This document shows positions 36,609 through 45,186 of a stretch of 45,186 nt of DNA, piece after piece; the stretch's first letter is position 1; the number at the start of each line of letters is the position of its first letter. The notes beneath the pieces are model-generated. The model searched no databases. It was not told the DNA's origin and saw nothing but the letters and a program-made list of their open reading frames with translations. The position numbers were made by a program, and so were the translations under genes. Source of the stretch: a virus (taxonomy: Duplodnaviria; Caudoviricetes); IMG/VR virus record IMGVR_UViG_3300032248_001448, positions 1-45,186 of that record; one strand, given 5' to 3'.

Positions 36609-36615
36609 GTGTAAT
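36609..36615 (+). promoter_or_regulatory. Putative late promoter GTGTAAT (hub/fibre operon)
   Basis: Exact motif right after the stop, 24 nt before ATG36640, followed by TAAGGAG. Confidence 0.7.
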
Positions 36616-36639
36616 ATTTATATGGTATAAGGAGAAATC

Positions 36640-38826
36640 ATGGCTGTTTCTGAGCAATATCTGACTAATATTACCGTGGGAGGTAATCCTCCGGGCATGG
36701 CCTATGGGGGCTATATTTTTTCAGCAAGATCAGAATCTTCTTTTACTTCTACTCCTAGTAAATGTACCTTAAGGGTTATTATACCAAATTCTCCAAATAT
36801 AAAATCTCCTCCTAAACCGAGTTTAGTTGAGCCTGTAACGCTATCAATTAATAAAATTCCATTTCGAGCGTTTCTTTTAGAATCTAAAGTCGAAAAAACT
36901 GTGGGAGAAACAATTTACGATTTAACTTATTGCGATCAATCTGTAAAATATTTAGATCGGCATGTTATCGGTTTGTATAAAAGAGCTGGATATAGGCCAG
37001 GCGTTGGAGGAAATTTACATCTTCTTGGCGCTGAACAATCTGTAAAAAAAATTCAAGACAAAAAAGTTTGCCTCGACTGCTTGGAAAAAGTTGTTGAAAC
37101 GCAAGAGAACGTATCACTTAATACTGTATGTGGAGAAAAAGATATTGTTTATTCTGGTCAAGACTTTGTGGAGTTTGCTTTACAAGAAATTGGTTGCGCT
37201 GGAGGAAATTTACAATATTTGTATGAGGCAAAAAATCTTTCTAACGTAGGATCTGTTCGAGAAGTTTTAAATTCAATTTGTTCAGATTTAGGATTAATGT
37301 GGTATTGGGATTGGAGCGATAATACTGTTAATATTCTTAATTCAGAAGCAAGCGTACCAAATGTAAACCTCAATGAGCCTTCGATAACTTCTTATTCTAG
37401 AAGCCTTTCTAAAGAAGGGACTTTTTCTAGTGGGTACAATGAATATTCTCTAGTCACAAATAAGTCCGCCTCTCTTTCTGCAGAAAATTATCAGCAAATT
37501 ATACTAAACTATGTCGGAAATACTTTGGATCAAGACGTAGTTTGTGGAGTATTGGCTCAGATTAGTAAAGATTTAAGAGACGATTATTGCTATGGAAGTG
37601 GACAATATTATAGATTAGGCTTCATGGGCACAGTAATTGGAGGAGGATTTAGCTCTGTGAGCCAAAGTTATATGAAACTAGTAGCCGAAGCTTTGGGGGA
37701 TAAAGCTTTGTGGGATATTGCTTGCACTTATGATGTTTGGTATTTTAGCATAGTGGATCCTGAGCTTAGAAACTATTATGAAGCTAGAGAATCTGGAGCG
37801 CTTCAAGATTATGGCAAAAGATTTAAAGTAGTATCAGGAAATCCACAGGGAGGACCATCAATTGATATATGTGATCAAGGAAAATATGCGAAACAAGTAT
37901 CTTATGAAAAATATCCAGACTTTGATGATGCAGGAAACTGGGCAAAAACAGTAGGCGTTACAGATACAAAAAAGAAAAGGGAAGATTATAAAGGCAGATA
38001 TCCTGCTACAGTTATTCCGTGGATTGGCCAATTAAAAGACGTTATGGTTCAGGGCGGGACAACTCCAGCGGGAATCATGGGGTATTATAGAACTAATCGA
38101 ACCCCAATAACAGATACTAATGCCTTTTCTTTTATCGATGAAAATAGAAATGCAGCATATTCTTTAATAGCGTTCCAAGGTAAGCCGTATGGACAAGCTT
38201 TCGGAAGAGATGGAAACGCCGTCCATCCTGACGAAGAGCTTATCAAGCCTGTTAATACGGGAACTGATAAATGCTCGACTGATCCTTGCGGTCAAACCGA
38301 CTCATGTGACAAATTTACATCAAGCTGCTCCAATAAAGGAAAAGGTATACTGCAGGGATCTTTAAGCAATATAGGATGGTCTTATGATGGAATCGTTTTG
38401 CCTTCTACTGCTCCTTTTTATGGATGGATTAAAAAAAGTACTGCTGTTGAAAGAAACATTGATGGAAATCTTAATATCGCTGAGGGCGTTATGCGTGATG
38501 GAGACTATCAGTTAGCGAGATACGAAAGCAAGGACCGGTCTCAAGATGGAACAGCTTTGCAAAAAAGAGGCGCAACCGGAGAATTGTTTCCCCAGGGGGA
38601 TATGGGAGCAGGAGATAGAACTAATTATACTATGGCTGAAAGTTTAACTGTAGAATATATAGGAATAAATTCCAGTGCCATAATTAATTCTGGATTAACG
38701 AGTTTTTCTTTTATTATAGATTCAAATGGCGCCTTTACTTCGGTCACTTACTCGTCGCGTCCTTATGAACCCCCTAAAAATGATCCTGTATTAGGAAAGG
38801 TATTAATAAAAAAATTAGCTTTATGA
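36640..38826 (+). CDS. Putative baseplate hub/tail-tip (Tal-like) protein, Cys-rich
   Basis: GSVREVLNSICSDLGLMWYWDW is typical of hub folds; position in the tail module; strong SD. Confidence 0.6.
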   Translation: MAVSEQYLTNITVGGNPPGMAYGGYIFSARSESSFTSTPSKCTLRVIIPNSPNIKSPPKPSLVEPVTLSINKIPFRAFLLESKVEKTVGETIYDLTYCDQSVKYLDRHVIGLYKRAGYRPGVGGNLHLLGAEQSVKKIQDKKVCLDCLEKVVETQENVSLNTVCGEKDIVYSGQDFVEFALQEIGCAGGNLQYLYEAKNLSNVGSVREVLNSICSDLGLMWYWDWSDNTVNILNSEASVPNVNLNEPSITSYSRSLSKEGTFSSGYNEYSLVTNKSASLSAENYQQIILNYVGNTLDQDVVCGVLAQISKDLRDDYCYGSGQYYRLGFMGTVIGGGFSSVSQSYMKLVAEALGDKALWDIACTYDVWYFSIVDPELRNYYEARESGALQDYGKRFKVVSGNPQGGPSIDICDQGKYAKQVSYEKYPDFDDAGNWAKTVGVTDTKKKREDYKGRYPATVIPWIGQLKDVMVQGGTTPAGIMGYYRTNRTPITDTNAFSFIDENRNAAYSLIAFQGKPYGQAFGRDGNAVHPDEELIKPVNTGTDKCSTDPCGQTDSCDKFTSSCSNKGKGILQGSLSNIGWSYDGIVLPSTAPFYGWIKKSTAVERNIDGNLNIAEGVMRDGDYQLARYESKDRSQDGTALQKRGATGELFPQGDMGAGDRTNYTMAESLTVEYIGINSSAIINSGLTSFSFIIDSNGAFTSVTYSSRPYEPPKNDPVLGKVLIKKLAL

Positions 38827-41800
38827 AATTAGAAGGCAAAAAAAAAATAAATATATTTTATGAAAATAAATTAAATTTTATTTTTGATATAGAGGCCACT
38901 TCTAATCCTAATTGTACAGGGATGTTTGGTTTTGAAGATTTTAATTTTAAAACTTATAACAATAAACTTTTAGATCCAGACAATCTTTTTATTGATTCGA
39001 TTGAAAGCGGCAAAAACATATTTTTATCAGGAGAAGTTTCGAATACGGGATATAGTTATTATTTAAACAATGTACCAATATCATTAAATAAACCTAAAAA
39101 TATAAGTAAAAGAAATACTTTTATTTATGATTTTCAAAATGGATTTTTAAATTTAAAAAATCTAAAATTTTTAGGAGTTTTTTTGGGGATTGATTTAAGT
39201 TTTCCTAATTATATTGAGGTCGGCCAAAACGTAACTGGAACAATTACAAACATTTCTGATAAAACTTTTCAAATTAATTCTGGCGTAATTGATTCTTACT
39301 ATAATTTTAAATTAGAGTCTTTAAGTACTGGAATTTATAGCCCAAATTCAACTGGTCAGATTATAATTTCTAGTTCGGGACTAAATCCATCTATAAATTA
39401 TGAAAATTTTTTAATAAATTTAAATTTGTTCACAGATAGTAATAATTCTAAAAAATCAATTTATTTAAATTCAAAAAAAACTGACGTAAATTATTTTATA
39501 TTTAGTGGATCTAATATAAATTATTCTAATTTAGATGCAGGGCTAGGTGAGTCTATCGAAGGATATAATATATTAAATTATGAATTTATAACGGGACAAA
39601 AAATAAATTCTCAAGAAAGTCTTTATGGAAATAAAGAGGTCGAAATAAAATTAAGCTATTTAAGTGGATATACTGGAAATTATCAAAGTTCTATTATCGG
39701 TTCGGGAATAACTAATGTTAATTTTTCTGGAGATATAACGGGGTATGGATATATGTTTAAAAATATTGATATAATAGGGACTGGGAAAAATCCTTCGAAT
39801 AATTTAAATTATATTAATACCATTAATCAAAAAGTATATTCAGATTTAATTATTGTTAGCGGATTTGTAGAGAATCAGAATGTAAGTGCGTTAAGCACTG
39901 GAAATGCTTCCGGAGAATTTATTACCGCTTATCCAATTTCAGTTATCCTAAATGAATCTAAAGCTATTAATTTATCTAATAATATTTTCGGCTTCGGTTT
40001 ATTGACGGGAATAACTAGCGGAATTGGTATTTCTCAAAATGGAATAACCGGAAGTGGAATATTTTATTACAATAGTGGATCTTATTTTTTTGGAAACTAT
40101 AATTTTAATCCGCAAAATATTCAGACGACTGGAATGTATGATGGAGAAGTAGTCGGGCTTAATTATTTTAATACTGGATATTATACTGGTCAATTTTCTG
40201 GAATTGTTACGGGCAGTGGTTTTATTAATTCAGATTACGCATCTTATAATGCTACTGGGATAATTAGCGGGGATTTAAATAATAGAATTATTGAAAAAAA
40301 TATCACCAACAAGTTATCTATTCCAGCTGTCGCGACGGGTTATGTGAATATAAATTTAAATTATTTAGGCTTTGGTTTAGCAACCGGAGACTATACAAAT
40401 ACAAACATATTAGGAAATATTATAGAATATACCGGAAATGTAAATTCTAACTATACTGGGTTCGTGAATGGAACGGGATATTTATTTGTTTCTGGCTCAA
40501 ATATTTTGAAAAATAAATATGGAGAAGAGAAACTAACAACTTATTTAGATTTTATAACATATGAGGCGAATGGGAATCCAAATAATATTAACTCTCCAGA
40601 AAATATTGTGAATTATACTTATTCTTGTGTTGGAACGGGTTTAAAATATACCACAGGAATTAATGGAGTCTTAGGGATTTCTTATGAAGAAGGCTATAAA
40701 ATATTTACTGGTGATATTATCGAAACTGGACTAGTTACTCATAATGAGTACAACTTGTATAAGGCAACAGGATTGAATTTTAATTTATTGAATAATAATT
40801 TTTATTCTAATCCTGTTACAGGATATATAGAAGATCGTGGAACTTATTCAATTCGAACAGGATTTACGGGAAAATGTGATTTTTTAGGAGAATATGCAAT
40901 CAAGTTTTATGGAATTGGTACTGGGGCAAAAGATGGAGAAATATATGAAGAAGATCATCCAAGAATAGGCTATATAAATAAAATTTATCAATTAAATACT
41001 GGAATATTTTTCGAAACAAATGATTCAGGAGTAAAAAACATAATAATCACTCGTCCAGCAATCGAATTTATTGAAAATGGTATTATGCCGAATTTGATTC
41101 GCGATTTCACAATTTCTCCGCCAATTGTAAAACCTGGAAGTTCTATTTGGGTCTCATCTGGCAATTTAACTGATACAAATTTACGAGGAGATGCAGAAAC
41201 AAAATTTTTGGTTATCCCAAATAGTGGAGACATTCATTGTCCTTGGGAAAATGATCCAAATAGCCCTAATTATGGGCTAAGGTCTTCAGCTTGTGGAGGA
41301 TCTACTTATCATACTTATTATTTAGAATCTGGTTATAATAATTGGTTCGGTCCTCCAAGAGAAAAAATGCTTACGGGATATTTGACTTTAACTGGAAGTG
41401 GTTTTATGGAAACTAGCTATCCAATTAATAATATTACGGGAATTCTTATATCTGGAAATGGATCATTGCTTACAACGCAAAATATAACTGGATCTGATTT
41501 TGAATATATAACCGGATATCGAAAAGTTGTTTCAAAATTAAGAACTCAAACGATAGAAAATAACATTTTTTCTGGGTTTGATAATACTATTGTCAATAGA
41601 ACTGGAATATTTTCTATCCCAGTTACAAAATCTGTAACGGGATTTAATTATAGTCAAATAGAATTTACTTATACAGGTATTATGACTGGGGAATTAAAAA
41701 ATATATTAATTAATAATTCGTCTGGATATTTATCAACTGGAGTCTATTTGGAAAGATCAAAAAATGAAATTAATTTAAATAATTTTAAATATTTAAATAT

Positions 41801-42680
41801 AGATAATAATATTTATGATTTAAATTTAAATGCAATATCTAATTTATCTGGATCCGGAATTGGTATAATCCCTGCGACAGGTTTTCTCGTTAAAAATTTT
41901 GGAGGAGTTTTTGCTCTTACAAATACTATCAATGATTCTGGAAAATTTTTGGTCACAGGCTTAAATCTTGGTTCTAATATGGTATTAAATTATACTGTAG
42001 ATGATTTTGGAGTTAAAAATATCAACCAATTCGTCACTGGATTGATAAAAAATCCAAGAATATATAATTCGACGATTGATATAAATAGTAATGCTGTTAT
42101 TGGGACAGGCGTAATCAATTCGTCGGTCACTGGGTCAGGCTTTTGTGAAAAAAATATTGATGTTATTAATATAAGCGGAGATATTCCTTTAGGAAATAAA
42201 GTGTTTGGAAATTATATAGACATTAAAAACATAGAATATACTTTAACTGGAAACGCTATAGATGGAGTTGTCGAATATAATAATATCGTAACGGGTTACA
42301 GCAACGGTCTTTTGTATAGCGGGTACGTTACTAATTTTACTCCTGTAAAAACATATATTTTAAATAAAAATATACTTATAACCGGATTAATGAATGATCC
42401 TTTGAATTATAATATAAATTTTGAAAATAGTTATTCTATATCGACTGGGTATTATGATGTTAATTCTAATAATGTTAATTATAAAAATTTAAATTTTATA
42501 GATAATATTTATTCTGGGAAGGCAATTTTACCAAATAATGCAAAACAATTATATATTAAAACCCAACTCAAAGAGCATAAAAATGACAATCCTATAAGCG
42601 CTAATTTAACTATTTTGGGAAATAACGCTTCTGGTATAAGTGTAATTAATATGCAATACAAAAACCCAAGGACAATATAA
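38823..42680 (+). CDS. Long TG/SG-rich fibre-like tail protein
   Basis: 1285 aa, with recurring [IVLFY]-[TS]-G and ATG tripeptides and Asn-rich beta strands. Confidence 0.6.
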   Translation: MKLEGKKKINIFYENKLNFIFDIEATSNPNCTGMFGFEDFNFKTYNNKLLDPDNLFIDSIESGKNIFLSGEVSNTGYSYYLNNVPISLNKPKNISKRNTFIYDFQNGFLNLKNLKFLGVFLGIDLSFPNYIEVGQNVTGTITNISDKTFQINSGVIDSYYNFKLESLSTGIYSPNSTGQIIISSSGLNPSINYENFLINLNLFTDSNNSKKSIYLNSKKTDVNYFIFSGSNINYSNLDAGLGESIEGYNILNYEFITGQKINSQESLYGNKEVEIKLSYLSGYTGNYQSSIIGSGITNVNFSGDITGYGYMFKNIDIIGTGKNPSNNLNYINTINQKVYSDLIIVSGFVENQNVSALSTGNASGEFITAYPISVILNESKAINLSNNIFGFGLLTGITSGIGISQNGITGSGIFYYNSGSYFFGNYNFNPQNIQTTGMYDGEVVGLNYFNTGYYTGQFSGIVTGSGFINSDYASYNATGIISGDLNNRIIEKNITNKLSIPAVATGYVNINLNYLGFGLATGDYTNTNILGNIIEYTGNVNSNYTGFVNGTGYLFVSGSNILKNKYGEEKLTTYLDFITYEANGNPNNINSPENIVNYTYSCVGTGLKYTTGINGVLGISYEEGYKIFTGDIIETGLVTHNEYNLYKATGLNFNLLNNNFYSNPVTGYIEDRGTYSIRTGFTGKCDFLGEYAIKFYGIGTGAKDGEIYEEDHPRIGYINKIYQLNTGIFFETNDSGVKNIIITRPAIEFIENGIMPNLIRDFTISPPIVKPGSSIWVSSGNLTDTNLRGDAETKFLVIPNSGDIHCPWENDPNSPNYGLRSSACGGSTYHTYYLESGYNNWFGPPREKMLTGYLTLTGSGFMETSYPINNITGILISGNGSLLTTQNITGSDFEYITGYRKVVSKLRTQTIENNIFSGFDNTIVNRTGIFSIPVTKSVTGFNYSQIEFTYTGIMTGELKNILINNSSGYLSTGVYLERSKNEINLNNFKYLNIDNNIYDLNLNAISNLSGSGIGIIPATGFLVKNFGGVFALTNTINDSGKFLVTGLNLGSNMVLNYTVDDFGVKNINQFVTGLIKNPRIYNSTIDINSNAVIGTGVINSSVTGSGFCEKNIDVINISGDIPLGNKVFGNYIDIKNIEYTLTGNAIDGVVEYNNIVTGYSNGLLYSGYVTNFTPVKTYILNKNILITGLMNDPLNYNINFENSYSISTGYYDVNSNNVNYKNLNFIDNIYSGKAILPNNAKQLYIKTQLKEHKNDNPISANLTILGNNASGISVINMQYKNPRTI
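42640..42646 (+). promoter_or_regulatory. Possible late promoter GTGTAAT inside the upstream gene's 3' end
   Basis: AAGTGTAAT, 35 nt before ATG42682. Confidence 0.45.
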
Positions 42681-42681
42681 T

Positions 42682-43962
42682 ATGATTTTCGCAGGAATAG
42701 ATGGAGGGCTGCCTTGTTTCGTAGGAAAATATGTAAATTTTAGTAATAATATTTTAAAGAAAAATTTTATTTCTATAGGCGCCGAAAATCCTAGAAGTGT
42801 AAATGCAAGCTGTTCTCTTGAGCAATATCAAGTTTTTTCCCAAAGTCGTACTGATATCAATGGGAATTGGGGCTGGCACTGGCATTATTATGATGGTTCT
42901 AATGGAGAAAATTCAAATTATATTTCTTTAGGGCAAACGTATAAAAAATCTTATTATAACAATGGCAACCTTGGAAAAGGAAAAAATGAAGCTTTTACTG
43001 CAATTATATCTCCTACATATTTTCAATTTGGAATTACTCCTGGATATAACCTTTTAGGCCCTGGATTGACATTTGATGCTTTAAATTATTATGGACTTTT
43101 TGAATTTAAAGCAACGTATGAATCAATAAATCCTGAGGATGACCATCATTTCCTTACTCAAATTAGAGGCAGTGATAATATGGTTAGAATTATAAATTTT
43201 TATAATAATAATCTTTACGCCGGAATAAATTTAAAAGCTAATGAGGGATCGGTTTACGCTTATATTAAAAGTGGGTCTACAAATAACTTTTGCCAGATGA
43301 GAGGATATATGGGCAGGCTAGAGACTGGAATAAATACAGATGGACCATATATATCAAGACGAGGATCAGCTTATGGTTTGATGGGACAATTAGAAGATGG
43401 AATGTTCGGTCTTCTTTTTAAAAGTTTTGACAATCAAATGGAGTGGGCTATTAATCCTTATTTAGATTATGTTGAATTCTTTTTGAAGAATAATTATACA
43501 CCAAATAGAGTAGGTTTAAAATGCAGTAAAACCGAAGCTTCTATATACGCAACTTCTCATAATTACGATTCTAATTTTCTTTGGGATGGACAAGGATCTG
43601 GGATTCTACATATTTATGGAGGACAATATTCAATGCAAAATATGTATTTTTACGCAAGTCAAAGTAGTTTTTGGATGCAAAATTATTCTTCTGGATGTAA
43701 CTTAAAATGGAATTCTGGATCAGGAATTTTCCAGGCTTGGGATAGTGCGCAGAGATATATAGATTTATGGCTATATAGATTAGAATCAGGGATGACTGCA
43801 ACATTTCACTATGTTTATACTTGCGATGAAAATACTGGCGAAATTACTCCATATAAAAGTGCATCCGGAAGAAATGTGATGATTTTTTCTACTGGACCTA
43901 TTATAGTCAAAGGGTGCCAAAGCCAGAAAAGCAGTCCTTTATGTGCAATTCAATATGGATAA
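42682..43962 (+). CDS. Putative tail fibre/spike protein
   Basis: Gly/aromatic-rich short beta-strand periodicity; lies in the fibre region. Confidence 0.55.
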   Translation: MIFAGIDGGLPCFVGKYVNFSNNILKKNFISIGAENPRSVNASCSLEQYQVFSQSRTDINGNWGWHWHYYDGSNGENSNYISLGQTYKKSYYNNGNLGKGKNEAFTAIISPTYFQFGITPGYNLLGPGLTFDALNYYGLFEFKATYESINPEDDHHFLTQIRGSDNMVRIINFYNNNLYAGINLKANEGSVYAYIKSGSTNNFCQMRGYMGRLETGINTDGPYISRRGSAYGLMGQLEDGMFGLLFKSFDNQMEWAINPYLDYVEFFLKNNYTPNRVGLKCSKTEASIYATSHNYDSNFLWDGQGSGILHIYGGQYSMQNMYFYASQSSFWMQNYSSGCNLKWNSGSGIFQAWDSAQRYIDLWLYRLESGMTATFHYVYTCDENTGEITPYKSASGRNVMIFSTGPIIVKGCQSQKSSPLCAIQYG

Positions 43963-43971
43963 TAAATATAT

Positions 43972-45186
43972 ATGAATTTACTTATTGATTTTAATCCCCT
44001 AAACAATGACCAAGCGAAAGGATCGTCAGGAACGCTTGTGCTTGATCCAAATACTAAGAAAATATCTGATCAACTTGCCAATCAATTTTATGGAAAATAT
44101 CTGAGCGTTGGAACTTTCGAATGCAAAGTTTTAGGAATGTATTTAAATCTTGGAACAAATTTGCAAAACGCTTGGGGATTTTTTCCAGAATATTTTTACG
44201 CAAGAGACAAAAATAATCGTTGGTCTTTTGGAGTAGATAATTCAATCGCTGGTTCTGCATTATATTTTAATTCTGGAGCAAATTCTTTTAGTGTTGGGCA
44301 TAACCAAATATTCTACGGAAATCAGACGAATTATGCTACAATTAGTCAATTTGGAATGCTTGGAACTGAATTATCTTTAAAATCTGGCTCTGGAACAGTA
44401 TTCGCACGAACAGATGGAATAGACAATGGGTTTACAGCAAAAGGAGGCTCCACAAAATCTTCAATGGGCACAAGTTTAAATTACTCCGCTTATGTTGATC
44501 TTATTTCTGGATGCAATAAAGCTTCTTTAATTTCTGATGGAGCGCCTAGATTAGCTTTAGACTGTTGCGGAGGATCATCCGCTAGAATTAGTTGCTGGGG
44601 AATTAACATACAAAATTCTTGTTTTAATTTTAACGTCGGCTGCTCGAATGGAATTGAAATTTATAATCAAGGAAAATACGTGGGAATTGATCCTAAAGAT
44701 TTAGGCCTATTTAGTTGGGCTGGATTTGCAGAAATAAGAAATAAATTTGGAAATTTAATTGGAAAATATTTAGGTACAACTAATTTAGTATTGACAGAGA
44801 CTACTACGGTAATTGTCGGCACAGCTGCCACAGCAATGACTGCGGGTTATGCTGCTACAGCTGGATATGCCAGCACTGCAGGATATGTAAGTACTGTCGG
44901 ATATGCTGGAGGAGCTGCATCTGCTGGAGTTTTATGGGGATGGCATGAAGGGCCACTAGAGGAAGTCGGTAAAGCTTTACGTATAGGTTATGCTAGCACA
45001 GCTGGATACATTAGTACTGCTGGATATGTTGCTGGCGGCTGTTGTTTAGATCATATTTGGGGATGGCACGATGGTATTTTAGACGAGGTTGGTAAAGCTT
45101 TACATATAGGTTATGCTAGCACAGCTGGATACATTAGTACTGCTGGATATGTTCCTGGCGGCTGTTGTATAGATCATATTTGGGGA
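43972..45186 (+). CDS. 3'-truncated tail fibre-like protein with tandem repeats (missing from the ORF track)
   Basis: ATG43972 MNLLIDFNPLNNDQAKG... is open for 405 codons to the window end; contains AGY[AVI]ST repeats and 41-aa repeats. Confidence 0.85.
   Translation, partial: MNLLIDFNPLNNDQAKGSSGTLVLDPNTKKISDQLANQFYGKYLSVGTFECKVLGMYLNLGTNLQNAWGFFPEYFYARDKNNRWSFGVDNSIAGSALYFNSGANSFSVGHNQIFYGNQTNYATISQFGMLGTELSLKSGSGTVFARTDGIDNGFTAKGGSTKSSMGTSLNYSAYVDLISGCNKASLISDGAPRLALDCCGGSSARISCWGINIQNSCFNFNVGCSNGIEIYNQGKYVGIDPKDLGLFSWAGFAEIRNKFGNLIGKYLGTTNLVLTETTTVIVGTAATAMTAGYAATAGYASTAGYVSTVGYAGGAASAGVLWGWHEGPLEEVGKALRIGYASTAGYISTAGYVAGGCCLDHIWGWHDGILDEVGKALHIGYASTAGYISTAGYVPGGCCIDHIWG
44935..45186 (+). 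repeat. 123-nt (41-aa) tandem repeat, two full copies plus the start of a third
   Basis: Units start TGGGGA at 44935, 45058 and 45181: WGWHxGxLxEVGKALxIGYASTAGYISTAGYVxGGCCxDHI. Confidence 0.95.

Noticed and set aside
2492-44260. All minus-strand ORFs in the track, plus the nested + ORFs 4423..4677 and 18755..18985
   Set aside because: They overlap better-supported + strand genes and show no recognisable motifs; they are shadow frames.
44935-45186. Diversity-generating retroelement template/variable repeat pair
   Set aside because: Copies are tandem and in frame, mismatches are not adenine-specific, and no reverse transcriptase is present in the window.
1-45186. Complete circular genome, since fibre-like genes are cut at both ends
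   Set aside because: No terminal sequence overlap and no replication or nucleotide-metabolism genes; more likely part of a larger genome.
1-45186. Stop-codon reassignment
   Set aside because: Long genes are intact under the standard code, and TAA, TGA and TAG (15359-15361) all end genes at sensible boundaries.

Overview
AT-rich, gene-dense segment of a tailed dsDNA phage (Caudoviricetes). Every credible gene is on the + strand and reads in the standard code. Order: the C-terminus of a fibre-like protein (poly-Pro, Cys-rich tip, S74-type chaperone), a GT-A glycosyltransferase-like gene and two large accessory virion-like proteins. Next comes an overlapping operon of Zn-ribbon protein, ECF-like sigma factor, unknown gene, ERCC4-type nuclease and terminase large subunit. 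Then portal, a lysis cassette (holin, two lipoproteins, spanin-like gene, metallophosphoesterase, muramidase), prohead protease/scaffold, capsid genes, head-tail connectors, tail tube, likely chaperones, a 2250-aa tape measure, tail-tip genes and fibres running off the right end. No tail sheath is seen, so the tail is probably non-contractile. No replication genes, tRNAs, CRISPR array or integrase are seen. Most notable observations: (1) the tape measure has a block of modules delimited by four G-x-[IV]-P-N-F motifs at 84/266/84-aa spacing, one module resembling a PD-(D/E)xK nuclease; (2) a probable two-tier promoter system (TAGA-N18-TATAAT and GTGTAAT) sits beside a Cys-insert sigma factor; (3) the GTGTAAT sites split into near-leaderless and Shine-Dalgarno (SD)-led classes. 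All product calls come from motifs and synteny read by eye; no database searches were run.
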